DNA from: Hemiscyllium ocellatum
Taxonomy: Eukaryota
Direction of reading: 5' to 3'
NCBI RefSeq assembly: GCF_020745735.1
Contig: NC_083442.1
Coordinates: forward strand, 33,142,072 to 33,206,071
Length of the DNA stretch: 64,000 bases
Shown: positions 13,001 through 26,280 of the stretch, piece after piece
Position numbering within the stretch: position 1 is the stretch's first letter
Layout of the letters: each line of letters starts with the position of its first letter
The notes under the pieces: model-generated
Databases searched by the model: none
Seen by the model: the letters and a program-made list of their open reading frames with translations, nothing else
What the model was told of the DNA's origin: nothing
Program-made: the position numbers and the translations under genes

Positions 13001-14906
13001 ACTTTTAAAAATGCATATATTCTTCAGGTATGAGATGGCTGACAGGATACTCTTTTACAGCAGGATCAATGCAAAACACTATCTCAACCAGGAATGAGAA
13101 TAACTTTCTTCTCCCTAGTCTGGGACTACCAAAACTATCTCCATCTCCCTTATTGTCATGCAGCTGAGCTCAGCTAAGCCAGCTCAGACAAGGGGAAGAA
13201 CAATCTCGCTCAGTATCAATTTGACATTCACTTTTGCTAACTGAGTAATGGAGTGGTCTAACTCTATTTAAAAAAAAAATCAATAGTGACAGGAAAATCA
13301 TCACATTTAGAATTTTGTGTGATTAAAAGATACATTACTTCAGGAGCAAGTTGGTGCAGCAATTGGGAATATTCAAATAAATGCAGGATGAGTAAGTCTG
13401 ATGCCTATTTGCATGCTCACCTTTTATTTGAATAATCTCTGTTTTGAAAGAGCAGTTGAACATTCAGAGGAAAATTCAAGAGAAGAAAAGAGAAAAGATC
13501 TTTCAACTCCTGGCACTGATACCTTAAATTTCCTTTCAGCATATGCTGTCATACTGAGGTTTCTCAATATTTGTGCACATCATTAATATTCCAATAACAA
13601 AGAGCAAAATACTGCAATCTGTCTGATTAAAACACTTCTCCAGGTAATTAGGGATGGGCAGCAAATGCAGACCTTGCTAACGATGCTCACATCTCCTGAA
13701 TGAATAAAAGAAAATAGATACAGCCACCCATGTTAAAGTACTACATAACCTGTCACATAACAAAAATACAGTAGGTACATTTGCAATAACCCTGTTGGTG
13801 ATTTTCTAAGAAGTGCCAAGAACATGACTATAATTTAATCTGCTGAATAATAACATTTTCTGCTCTCTGTGGGAGGAGCTGTCTTCCAGAAGTCTTTCTG
13901 TGACATTAAATCAGATCACAAAAATAAATTCTGAAACAATATTCAGCCAGAGTACCAAAGTATTGCAGTACCAGCCAGCATCTGGATTTCCTGATATTTT
14001 TTGTTACAAAGCATAATTAAAACAGAATTAGTAACTCATTGCATTATTTAACAATAACGTTTATTGACAAGTGCATAAAGCGTTGCAATTGAATTAATCA
14101 GATTCAAAAGACAGGTCCTGAAAAGTCAGCCGACAGAGGTGAATGGGATAGGCATTCATTGTCAACAACTGCTCTGTGACCTACAACAGAATTGAAGAAT
14201 TATGATTTAACATCTTTCACTGGACATCTTCATTCCACTTGTTCCTTTTCAGTTTTCCAAACATTTTGTACTCGCCAAGGTGAGGGATACTAATAGATCA
14301 CAGCACTTTCATTTTGAGCATATAATGGCTGCAACAAGAATCTCCAGCTCAGATTGAACAGTTACTTGCAGATGTGGGTACTGTCTATTCTGTTCGATTG
14401 CATCAGTACCTCACCTTTCCCATATCAGTGATTTTCCTTGCTTGAGATTCAACATTAGCTTTGCCTTGAGAATGCTCACTTCCTTTGATCTCAGATCCTA
14501 ACAGCCAAAAGAGGGGATACAACTCCCTTTCACCTTAGCTGGATTTGAAACTCTGATCCTGTGGGGATACACCTAATGACCCTCCATTCCAATTTGTCCT
14601 ATGAAAAATCTTAAGTATTTATCAAAGTTTTTACAAGTTGCCATCAATTTCACCTAACTAATTGAACTCTCCTATTCTGTCCAACTCGTATTTGGAAATT
14701 AAGGCAATTAGGTCAGACTTGTATGCACCCATTCGCTCATTGGTCATAGGCTAGAGAAGGATCAGCTGACAGAGAGCAAATTCCTTTGACACAGGATAGG
14801 ATTGCTATATACAGGAGTCACCAAATGAGATTCATATGCCATTGTTCAGTAATGACATCCTAGTAACTCATGCCTATTAGTTCATAACAGTCAGTCATTC
14901 ATTTAA

Positions 14907-15219
14907 TTAGATTAGATTAGATTACTTACAGTGTGGAAACAGGCCCTTCGGCCCAACAAGTCCACACCGACCCGCTGAAGCACAACCCACCCATAACCCT
15001 ACATTTACCCCTTACCTAACACTACGGGCAATTTAGCATAGCCAATTCACCTGACCCGCACATCTTTGGACTGTGGGGGGAAACCGGAGCACCCGGAGGA
15101 AACCCACACAGACACGGGGAGAATGTGCAAACTCCACACAGTCAGTCAGTCGCCTGAGGCGGGAATTGAACCCGGGTCTCAGGCGCTGTGAGGCAGCAGT
15201 GCTAACCACTGTGCCGCCC
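14907..15219 (-). mobile_element. HE1-type V-SINE, near full length
   Basis: tRNA-like head (GTGGTTAGCAC..., GGTTCAATTCC), V-domain GTGTGGAGTTTGCACATTCTCCCCGTGTCTG and a (TCTAA)n tail. Confidence 0.88.
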
Positions 15220-15859
15220 ACAAACTCTGATTTGTTCTGTTTGAATCTTTTGGACACCTTTAGGAGTCACTTTGGCAGTGGATAATTTCCAGAATACAGC
15301 AACAGGAGACAATGGCACCATCAACCGGAGATACATGCACATGAGTGAGAACATGAATGGAAGCTTTGTCTGGGGAGTTTGAGTCTCCACTGTGTGCAAA
15401 TAGGAGGTACATACAGTGGAGGATGATCCATGTTTTGTCTAAGAATACATACAAGTGTACACCTAGCCATCCAACCTCAAGTCTCTGTCGGATTAGCTGC
15501 TTTCAGTTACAGCTGTGATTGAACAATTACAATTGACACAAGCACCACAGGGAAGAATTTTTAAAAGATAGCTAGGGTTCCCACTCCTTATCGGTAACTA
15601 GTGTGAGGTGCTGGAACATGAATAGGGGTAATTTTCGTGCAACAAGTAAACATCTCCCCATTATACAGCCACTGCAAAAATGTGACAAGATTGCCGGTGG
15701 GAGCAAGTTAACAACACTCCCTCATCAACCCTCACTTTTAATGATACCCACAACAACCAAATATCAACAATGCAATCAAATGCATGAGACCAGCAGCATG
15801 TCCTAGGGCTGTACAGTCAGAAATATAGCTGTCAGAGGAGGTAAAGCAATAGTAGGAAG

Positions 15860-16270
15860 ACAAACTTGCATTTATGTAGCACCTTTCAACTGGCCCAGAA
15901 CTTCCGAAGCACTTTATAGGCAATCATACACTTTTGGAGTATTGTCATGGTTATAGTGTAGGAAATGTAGCAGCCAATGTGTGCACAGTAAACTTCCACA
16001 AACAGCAATTTAATAAAACCCATTAGATTGTTTTTTAGTCAAGGACTAAGAATAGCTCTCCTGCTCTTCTTCAAAACACAGCCAGGGATTAACTGTGTTC
16101 AGCTGGAGTAGTTGGGGCCTGTCGAGTATCTCACCTGAAGGATAACACTGCCGACACTGGATACTCCTGCACTGGAAAGTCAACCTGCATTTGTGGTGAA
16201 GTCTCTGTCTTGAGGACCTGAACCCACAATTTTCTGACTCAGAGGCAAAAGTGCTACCCACTCAGCCACA
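15860..16270 (-). mobile_element. Ancient Deu-domain (AmnSINE1/SacSINE1-like) SINE remnant; similar remnants at about 9330-9655, 28985-29405 and 32860-33225
   Basis: Conserved ttgctgtttgtgg..a.. core and tgaaag..gcta..taaatgcaag tail. Confidence 0.55.
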
Positions 16271-18934
16271 GCAATAGTGCATGGCTTGACTGGGGTGTGT
16301 GTGGTGAAAGCAAAGGGAGTCCAACACAACATCTCAGCCAGAAATGCATGGGTTGGCACTTCCAATAACATGCTCACCCCTTCCTCTGAACAGTTAATCA
16401 AGATTACTCTCAGCATTAACTGTCTTTGTTACTTCTTTCAGCAGTCATTTAATAATTTTATGAAATGACATTCCCTTACAGGTTGACTCAATGACATACA
16501 GACCCAGAAACTATGAAATGCACAGAATTTAATTCCAGAGACCATAACTGCCTTCCGGTCATTCATCATTAATTGTCAACCAATGTATCTTCTTTATTAG
16601 GATGCTTCCTAACTGTGCAACTCTGAATGAAATGAATGTTGCAGTTGGAAGGCTGTAGGTTCCTCTTGTTCATGCAGGTAGCCCCTTGAGATGCTGGTGC
16701 CTGGTGACTTCTAGGAGAAAGTGAGGACTGCTTAGCAACGCATTTTTAAGCCTGGTGACCTCTGGGTAGTTCAGCCCATGATGTCCCAGGTGAGACTGCT
16801 GCACCATGTGGTGGCCTGGGCAGTCTGTCGCATTGAATGCTCTGTAATCATGAAAGGTTGACAGCATAGCAAAGGAGCCTGTGTGCTGGCATCCTGAGAG
16901 AAAGCAACACATACTGCATCCAATGTGCTAAACTGTACCTGGGGTGGGCATTGGCAATGCATTCATCAGTCTCACTGATCTGCAGGGGAGCAGAATGCAG
17001 GCGGTCAGTGACTCCTTTAAAGTTGCTGCCCATTTGACCCACCAACCCTTCCAGGCAAATATCTGTCTCTCTTTCTCAGAGATGGAGCCTAATGACTGCA
17101 TAACAGCTTCTATTTATAATGCATTCTTTTATAGGATGGGCGTTATCAGCAATGTCAGCACTGGTTGTCCACCCCTAATTGCCTTTAACTGAGTGGTTTG
17201 CTAAGTGACTGTAAAGGGCAGTTAAGAATCAACTGTTGTGGGTCTGGAGTCACATGTAAGCCAGACTGAGTAAGAACAACATATTTCCTTCCCTAAAGGA
17301 TATTGGTGAACCAGACATTGTTAACCATGAAACAGACAGTAGTTGTTAATTCCAGAATTACTAATCAAATTTAAATTCCACCAGCTGTCTCTCCAGATCC
17401 CACCTTAGCTCCAGAGCGTGGCGATGCTCACTCTCTTGTGAAGGCCTAGTTGTATGTCCCTGAGGTAGCCAGTGAGAACTGATGGTGGTGATGCCATGTG
17501 AAATGACAGACAGGAAGCAGACTTCTCTATAACTCAGTGATTGTGCTGAAGCAACTTTAGCAGACCTGCCAATACCTGCTATAACTGCCTATGTCAGGTA
17601 TGTCAGGGATACAGGGTTATTTTCTTGTCTGGATCCTTGACAGTCTGTCATACTCAGTAGTGCTGGGCATGGACATCACCTCCAGTGAGCTGAATTGGTT
17701 CTCTGCTGCTGTGCCACCAGTATCTGTTGCTGATGCTCACTTTAGCCAGATCTTTCACCAGAAGCAGACCCTTTTGGTTGACTCTCTAACTCAATGCAGA
17801 GTACTAATGTCTGAGTTGGTGCCTGGGAGCAATGGAACCTGGGACGCTGCATCCAGTATCAAACTTGCTCCTCCAAGGAACATTTTGCAAGTTCCAATGC
17901 TGGGAAGATTCTAGAGGGAAAGGAAAAGCAACAAAAGTTAAGGTGGCATTGAAGGCTGGTCTTAATGGGTGACAGTAATAACAATGTTGCTGTTGTGAAG
18001 GATGTTAATTACTTGATGAGATGAATGAAGGGACACAAGTAATTTGTAGATATTTTGCTGAGATAGGCAATCACTGCTGTCTTCCCTGATGTTCTTGTAT
18101 TTTGATCAGACCCACTGTTCAGCTCAAGTGAGACCCACAGTGTTGGGTCTTTCTTTTGTTCTGCAGAGAGAGAGAGAGAGAGAATGACTGTCAGTGAGCA
18201 GTTGTTGGAAAGCCAAGTGGAAATATTTAGAGTTTGTATGAGTGCTAGGGTGTGAGAAGAGAATCATGGGCAGTTTAAAAAGAGCAAAGGAAGAGATGAG
18301 TACATTGGAAAGAGAAAGAGAACTGCTGCAGTTTGCTCATGTGAGTTAACTGAAGAATGTGACAGAGGGAAGGGAGACTGATGCAGAAAGGGTGGTTTCT
18401 CAAAAGAGCTGGAGAGAATGAAGAGTGATACTCACCCCAGGTGCCCTTTGTGTTGGCTTTCTGTATGACATTACCATCAATCCTTATTACCTTTACAAAG
18501 AAGTATAATAAGTTACTTTTGTAAGTTTTCTGCCTTTGATCAAAGTTTGACCATGTGGAAAATTGATACATTTTGTAGCACTCTGAATGGAATCTATGAA
18601 ATGAGGTAATAAAGCAGTGCCACTTAGAAGCTGCGTGTATAAGATTTATGCATTAAAGATTCTTAGACACAAAGGAGTCCTTCAGTAGATTGTAAGTATG
18701 TCGCATTGTTTGCTTTCACTAACCTCAAATACAGTAGCGCAATCATCCCAAAGTAGATCCAGATAAGATAAATGAGGTACATTTCTTTTCCTGAAGGATA
18801 TTATTCAACTGCATAATTTTTAACATTATTCTAATAACTAAATGGCCACCATTATCATGGAATCACAGACTATTTACAGCATTGAAAGATGCCCCTTAGT
18901 CCACCATGTTTGCATTGCAATAAAAAAAGACCCT

Positions 18935-19112
18935 GCCCCCCCCCCCCCCCCATTTATCTCTGCACCCTTGGGCTACCCCCTCATTCCTGCTGAAGAGCCC
19001 ATGCTTGAAATGTTGTCCCTCCTGCTCCTTGGATGCTGCCTGACCGGTTGCGCTTTTCCAGCACCACACTTTTCGATTCTGATCTCCAGCATGTGCAGTC
19101 CTCATTTTCTCC
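18935..19112 (+). mobile_element. PLE family B 3' end, degenerate hammerhead; similar fragments at 4840-4975, 40835-41220, 52795-53390 and 53430-53525, and a family A tail at 49790-50040
   Basis: Family tail ...gatgctgcctgacc...ccagcat(g/c)tgcagtcctca(t/c)tttctcc. Confidence 0.7.
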
Positions 19113-20333
19113 ATAAATCATCTAGCCTGATCACACTATTCAGCTTTTGGTCCATATCCCTCCAAGTTACAGCACTTGTAATATACATCCAGATACCTTT
19201 TAAATGAATCTAGGGTTACTGCGTCTTTGAACCTTTTAGGCAATGAGTTCCAAACCCCTACCGCTTTCAAGGTGAAAAAATCTCACCTTATCTCTAGACT
19301 TCCGACCATTCACTTTAAAATCAATGCCCATAGTCACCGACTGTTCTTCTACAAGTAAATAGGCCCTTCTTATCCACTCAAATAGACATTCTCAATTTTC
19401 TTTATCTCAATCAAAACTCCCCTCAGGCAGCTCTGTTCCAAGGAGAACAACCCCAGTCTATCAAATCTTTCCTCATGGTTGTATGATTCCTGGTAACATC
19501 CTCGTAAGTCTCTTCTACACCCCTTCTGATATAATTACACACTTTTTGCAATGAGGTGACCAGAACAGCCCACAGTACTCAAATTGTGGCCTGACAATGA
19601 TTTCCACACTTGCAGCTAACCATCCTGCTTTTATAATCTATACATCAGGTAATAACACAATTATTCCTTCCTAATCATCTTATTAATCACCTTGCTCTAC
19701 ACCTCTCAGTGTCCTCCCAATAATAGCTGTCTTCTTTTGCCCAATTTGACCTCCCCAAATGCATCACCTCACACTTGAATTCCATTTGATATTTGTATGC
19801 CACCCAACTAATCCATTGTCATCTTCCTGCAATTAAGAACAATCTTCTTCACTGCCTGCCAGAAGACCATTTTTTGTATCATCAGCAAGCTTCATTATCA
19901 TGCCCCCAGCATTTACATCCAAATTGTTAATACAGACCACAAGAGGCCAGGGGTACTAGTACTGCACCCTGTGGAACCCTAGCAGAAACAGTAACTGAAA
20001 AACTGAAAGGAGGAATTTCAGCAGGAAAAATTGTTTCCCCAATATTGTTACCAAAGCATTTTTGGTTTATCATCATGTCAGTCATTTAAACTGCAAAAAT
20101 AATTAGATTTAGCACATGGATCACAAATTCCTCTATATGCTGATTTCTACAAATTAGTTAACAGAATTCAATGGTTAATTAACTTAACACAGAGAGGAAT
20201 GTCTATCCTTTTCAGTGTCCATGTATAGGGCATCAGGAATCTACCCTGGTTATTTAAAATGCTCTCAAGTATGGTTCCTGTAGCAGGTGGACAGTTGAGC
20301 GAAATATGCAGTAGTAGGAACTGACAACAGTAC

Positions 20334-20511
20334 CTCTTTCTTTAATTTCCTGTAGGTTGAGTCCCCACGGATCTTCCTGGAGAGTACATCAAGCATTTGC
20401 GGCTCGCCTCCTGACTCTCCTTGCAGGCTGGTGTCCTTTCCTTCTTTCTTCTTCCCCTTTGCCAATTGTTCCTTTGGTTCATTTTTCAGCCGGATCTCCT
20501 CCAATTGCTGC
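20334..20511 (-). CDS. TTLL13: TTLL13 exon (RQQLEEIRLKNEPKEQ...QGESGGE...RKLKKE)
   Basis: RQQLEEIRLK and QGESxGE motifs. Donor GAG|GTACTG, phases 2/0. Confidence 0.9.
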
Positions 20512-20669
20512 CTGATCACAAAGTATCCAATAATTGGTCAATCAACAAGACCTGACACAAATGTGTACATGGGCAGCTCTTACACATTACACTTTTCAAT
20601 TACCCAATGTAGTGAAAGGTGTATAATTTGGCATATTAATATCACTTTTATATATTAATTCCAAGACAG

Positions 20670-21370
20670 TGTTATACGGATGTTGGCTATTTTTGTGGAA
20701 AATTTTCTTTTAAAAAAGATACAAGGGCAAAGATTGTTCCAGAACAATGACCTAATCCAGTAGGTGACAGAGAGAGCGTGTGACTGGTATGTTAATGGAA
20801 AGATGTTTATACAATGGTATTTATGATAGAGTAAATATATAAGGCTGAATTTATAGTTCAGAAAAATTGAAGATGAGCAGATTTGTTTTAAATTCAGTAT
20901 GAAGCAGGATTTTCAGTTCATTTCTAAGACACTAATGTTGAGTTTTGAAGCAAGTTTACAGTTTCTCTTCCAGAAGAAGTTCAGAAAACAACGCAGTTCA
21001 GTGGAAAGGGTTAAGTGTGAAACTTCCAAGCCGGATGAATTTGGTTAGAAATCTGAAGATTATTGGAATTGAGAATTTTTACTTCAGAGATTTGTGAAGA
21101 TTTCACATCAGTATATTTGGACAGGACTCAAACTGTCCCCATATTCCACAGGAAAGAACCTGGAAGTCAGTTAAGTAAAACCCAAATTGTTGAGATAAGG
21201 GATGTAATTTCTCTGGACTTGAGTTCTCTGTATCAGATAGTGTTAGGAAACAGATTGAAACATTGCTTTGCTGTGTGTTTTACTATTATTCTAATTTTCT
21301 AATTTTATATATTTAGATAGCTCTGTTCATTGTTATTATTTCTTCTTGTGTACAATAAACATTGGTTCTG
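20670..21370 (+). mobile_element. Probable solo LTR split by the PLE fold-back (continues at about 24551-24690)
   Basis: TGTTA start, TATA-like and AATAAA elements. The sequence resumes after the TSD. Confidence 0.35.
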
Positions 21371-24300
21371 CGACTTTGAGAAGATCTGTAGCTCAGGATG
21401 AGGTTCAGGTTGTAAGTTTGCTGACTGTGCTGAAAGGTTGGTTTTCAGACATTACATCACTATGCTAGGTACCGTCATCAATGAGCCTCCGGTGAAGCAC
21501 TGGTGGTCTGTCCCATTTTCTACTTTTGCATCTTGGTCTGTTAAGGTGTGTGATATTATTTCTGTTTTTCTTTCCTCCAAGGTTGATAAATGGGGTTCAA
21601 ATCGATGGGTTTATTGATGGAGCTCCAGTTTGAATGCCAGGCCTCTAGGAATTCCCATTAGTGTCTCTGTTTAGCCTGCCCCAGGATGGATGTGTTGTCC
21701 CAGTTGAAGTGGTGTCCTTCTTCGTCTGTATGTAAGGATACTAGTGATAGTGGGTCATGTCTTTTAGTGGCTAGTTGGTGTTCGTGCCTCCTGGAGACTA
21801 GCTTTCTACCTGTCTATCTGATGTAATGTTTGTTACAGTCTTTGCACAGTATTTTGTAAATGACATTAGTTTTGCTGGATGTTAGTACAGGGTCCTTTAG
21901 GTTCCTCAGTACGTGTTTGCAGTGTAGGTAGGTTTGTGAGCTACCATGACGCCAAAGGGTCGGAGTAGTCGGTTGCCATTTGATGTATGGTAGTGTGGCA
22001 GAGTTTCTGGGCATGTTATGTCTTTTGCTTGGGTTTGTTATTTAAGAATTGGTGGACTTTATTTATCGGGTACCCAGTGTTCTTGAATATGTGGTATAAG
22101 TATTTTTCTTCTGCCGCTTGTAGTTCCTCGGTGTTGCAGTGTGTTGTGACCTGTTTAAATAATGTCAATGCAGCTCTGTTTGTGGGTGTCGGGATGCTTG
22201 TTTCTGTAGTTAACTATCTGATCACTGTGTTGCTTTTCTATAGACGCTGGTCTGCAGTTTTCCATTACCTGTTCATACCACTGTGACATCTAGGAAAGTG
22301 AGTCTGTTATTCTCCTCCTGTTTTGTGAAATTTATGTCAGTAAGGATGTTCTTGATGATGCTGTAGGTTTCCTCTAATTTGTTCCATTTTGCGATGACCA
22401 AGGTGTCAGCTACCAACTGGACCCAAAGTTTGGGTTGGATCATGGAGAGGGCTGTTGGTTCAAGTCTCTGCATTACTGCTTCTGCTAAGCAGCCTGACAT
22501 TGGTGATCCCATGGGTGTTCCATTGATTTGTTTGTAGGTTTTGTCACTGAAGGTGAAATGGGGAGTGAAGACACATGTCTACTAGCTTTAGGATGTTGAA
22601 GTTGGTGCTCTCTATTTGTATCCTTGGTTCGTCTAGTAGTGTGGAGAAAGTGAGGACTGCAGATGCTGGAGATCAGAGCTGAAAGTGTGTTGCTGGAAAA
22701 GCGCAGCAGGTCAGGCAGCATCCAAGGAACAGGAGATTCGACGTTTCGAGCGTCGAATCTCCTGTTCCTTGGATGCTGCCTGACCTGCTGCGCTTTTCCA
22801 GCAACACATTTTCAGCTCTCGTCTAGTAGTGTGGTCAGTGTTTGTTTGATCAGGCTGATGTTAATTGATGTGAATAGGGCTGTTACATCAAAGGAGACCA
22901 TTATTTTATCCTCTTTTATTTTGGTGTCTTTGATAATATTCAGGAATTGTTGCTTGGAGTGGATGGAGTGGCATGAGTCTTCTACCAGGTATTTCAGTTT
23001 TCGGTGGAGTTCTTTTCTAATCTGTATGTTGGTGTGCTAGTGAGTGAGCGTATGGGTCTGAGGGGGTCTCTGGTTTGAGTACCTTAGTTAATCTGTGGAA
23101 ACGAGGTGTGTCGTTTCATTTTTTGGAGATCTGTCTTGTTAATTGCAACCCTGAAAGACAATAGACTCATGGAAGAAACCCAGCAGACTGACAGTTGCAC
23201 CAACACTAAACAGGAAGAAGGAAGTAACATCCTCAACTCTAAGCCCGAGAAGGACTTAGAAAAGACAGAAACATGGTAATCCTACCTGCAGACAAAAAGT
23301 GCATTACCATCATCCTAAAGAGAACACAGGACATTGAAAGGGTGAACTCACTGCACACACATACTGACACTTACAACAGGTGGCAATGGACCAGACTCCA
23401 CAGCTAGAAAACCGTATCACAGCATCATTGAAGAAGCTTCATAAATCATGCCAAATTAACAAAACAGATCTCCAAAATATGAAACAGATCCACGATCCAA
23501 CCCAAACTTTGGGTCCGGTGGGTGGATGACACCTTTGTCATCACAAAATGGACCAAATTAGAGGCAACCTACAACATCAATAACATCCTTACTGACATAA
23601 ATTTCACAAAAGAGATGGGGAACAACAACAGACTCCCCTTCTTCGATGTCACACAGACAAACAGGTAATGGAGAACTGCAGACTAGCATCTACAGGAAGC
23701 AACACACAGTGGCCAGATATTTAACTACAGAAGCAATCATCCCAATGCCCATAAATGGAGCTGCATTAGGACATTAAATAAATGGGCCAAAACACACTGC
23801 AGCACCCAGGAACTATGAGCAGCAGAAGAAAAATACTTATACAGTGTATTCAAGAACACTGGGTATCCGACAAACACAGTCCACCAATTCTTAAAAAACA
23901 CACCAAACAAGTGGACACAACATGCCCAGAAACTCTAGCTACCTTACCATACATCAAAGACATCTCGGAAAATGACAACTAGACTACTCCGACCCCTTGG
24001 CATCATGGTAGCTCACAAAACTTACCAACACACTGAAACAGGTACTGATGAACCTGAAGGACCCTATACCAACAAACAGCAAAACTAATGTCATTTTACA
24101 AAATACCCTGCAAAGACTGTAAGAAACACTACATTGGACAGAAGGGCAGAAAACTAGCCACCAGGATACACTAGCCACCAAAAGACATGACCCAATATCA
24201 CCAGTTTCCTTACATACAGGCGAGGAAGGAGACCACTTTGAGTTGAACAACAGATCCACCCTAGGACAGGCTAAACAGAGACACGCACGGGAATGCCTAG

Positions 24301-24535
24301 AGGCTTGGCATTCAAACCAGAACTCTATCAATAAACACATGATTTGGACCCCATTTACCAACCTTGAAGTAGAACAACCGGAATTAATATCGCCCACCTT
24401 AACAGACCAAGACAGATAAACAGAAAGCAGGGTAGAACACCAGCGCTTCACTGGAGGCTCCCTGATGATGTTACCTAGCATGGTGATGAAATGTCTGAAA
24501 CCAAACCTTTTAGCACAGTGAGCAAACTTACAACC
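21371..24535. mobile_element. 3.2-kb inverted pair of PLE family A bodies (decayed RT and GIY-YIG)
   Basis: The minus arm encodes GSPMSG..AEAVMQRLE and KTNVIYKILCKDCNKHYI. The plus arm encodes PKLWVRWVDDTFV and a GIY-YIG remnant. 15-bp TSD taaacattgg(t/c)tctg (21356-21370 / 24536-24550); hammerhead-like core at 24462-24495. Confidence 0.88.
22645..22818. mobile_element. PLE family B near-perfect hairpin nested in the family A element
   Basis: About 70-bp inverted arms and a perfect 16-bp TSD tcgtctagtagtgtgg (22629-22644 / 22819-22834). Confidence 0.85.
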
Positions 24536-25371
24536 TAAACATTGGCTCTGTTCAAGAAAACCTGCAGCATTATGATTGGCTTGGAGATCAACTATCATGG
24601 TAACTAATGAAACAAATAAAAAAATGATCTAGCTAGGTTTCATTCTAGGATTCAACCTGTCCAGGAGCATCACCAACTGATATCCTCTACCTATGAAGGC
24701 CTTTCCAGTTAATTACAACTAGTATAATTCAAGGTGAGAAGTGACCTCCATGTTTGTGGATTATGAGCTGAGAAAAATACAGCTCCTGACTGCTTCTTCA
24801 TGATAGTGTCAGCATGGACATTCTGCAACGACAGCCTGTGCTCAATGACATTACTTTCACAAACAGAAAGCTTGCTGATACATACACATGGATGGAAAAT
24901 TCTACAGACATGATCTCAGCAAGAAAGTGATGTCAGTGGAACCAGACATCACACCATCAGAAAATTGAAACTACACAAAGCAGACTGTCAAGCAGTCTCA
25001 CCAAGCATTTTCCTCTAGAACTAATAATATACTTCACTTTTGTATAACTGTCTAGGTATGATGAGGGAATTGAGCTACTTCCGTGTGTTATGTTATAAAA
25101 CAATGCTATAGGGGTTTTGCTAAGCAGGGCTGTTCAGTGGTAAAGGAACCGGATGTTACTGTCCATTATTCATTGAAGGTCCACAGTCAATGCTGTGTGA
25201 ATACTGTAAAAGCTAGTATACAGTGTTAGCGTGGGTTGACAGGACAATTAAATAGGAGACAGGAAATACTATCAGTGTCTACCATGACTATTAATCATGC
25301 ATATTAATGACAATCAAGAGGCCCCTCCAAGGTCATAAAAAACCCTTTAACTGGTTGCCCATAATCCATAC

Positions 25372-25560
25372 CTGGCACATTCTTCCCTTGCTCTGGAAGC
25401 GATTGTTTCTTGAAAGAGTGATCCACTTTGTTTAAAGAAATTGTCGTATTTTTCAGAGTTGGATTTTGGGTAAATCCGCTGGAATCCTCCCAGATGTTCC
25501 TTTTCATATTTTTCTGCCTGCTGAAGCCAGGCTAACTGGTGGTTTTCATATTGCTCCCGT
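25372..25560 (-). CDS. TTLL13: TTLL13 exon (REQYENHQLAWLQQAEKYEKEHLGGFQRIYPKSNSEKYDNFFKQSGSLFQETIASRAREECA)
   Basis: Hand translation; this frame is not in the ORF track. GGFxRIYP and SLFQET.ASRAREE motifs. Phases 2/2. Confidence 0.94.
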
Positions 25561-26280
25561 CTGTGGAAGTAACAGACTTAAAATCAAGACAGGGTTAATC
25601 AGCTATTTTAGCATCATCACTTAAATTACCAATAATCACTTGACTTAAATAATGCTGACCAAAAAGAAAAAGAGATATATTGGGGATGTTTTTCCATCTT
25701 GTAGTCATCAGGACAGAATCACAAGACTGCCAAATCTGAAAGGGAACAGTAATTTATTCTGCATGAGAAGAGTGCTTATTAATGGCAAGTCGGAAGAAGT
25801 TCTACATGTGAATAAAGGTAGCTTCAAGTATAGGTAAACGGATAATGTTGAACTAGCTGTCAGTGTAGCTTTTAGCACAAATTGGGATTGTTTAACAAGT
25901 ATTGCCTTAATTATGGAATCACATCTAATGTTGGACACAGCTCTCTGAGTTTTGCAACTAGATGTTGGTTGAGTCAATAAGCTGCCTATTGTGAACAGCT
26001 AAAGGGATGTGCTATTTGATACAATCCACCAGTTGTTAGGATATAAAACTCACTGTCACACCAACATGGGTGACTTTTCACTGGGCTCAAAAGTGGCATC
26101 ACAAATTGTTCAGCTCTATAGTGTTTCCAGAAGATAGTCGGCCATTCCCTTCTCAACAACAACAATAGCAGCCTGGTCAAAAAGTTAGATTTTAATACTA
26201 TTTGCAAGACGGAAAGGTCGAGACTTTCAGTGGAGAATTCCAGGGCTTCGAACCCAGGCATGATCACCAAAGATGGGACG

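Noticed and set aside
15150-15219. tRNA-like sequence
   Set aside because: It is the tRNA-derived head of an HE1 SINE, not a tRNA gene.
16640-18060. Possible Harbinger-type DNA transposon remnant
   Set aside because: I could not verify terminal inverted repeats or transposase motifs by eye.
18491-18593. Exon-like segment with a good acceptor and donor in a TTLL13 intron
   Set aside because: It has a stop in the required phase-0 frame, and the flanking exons join without it.
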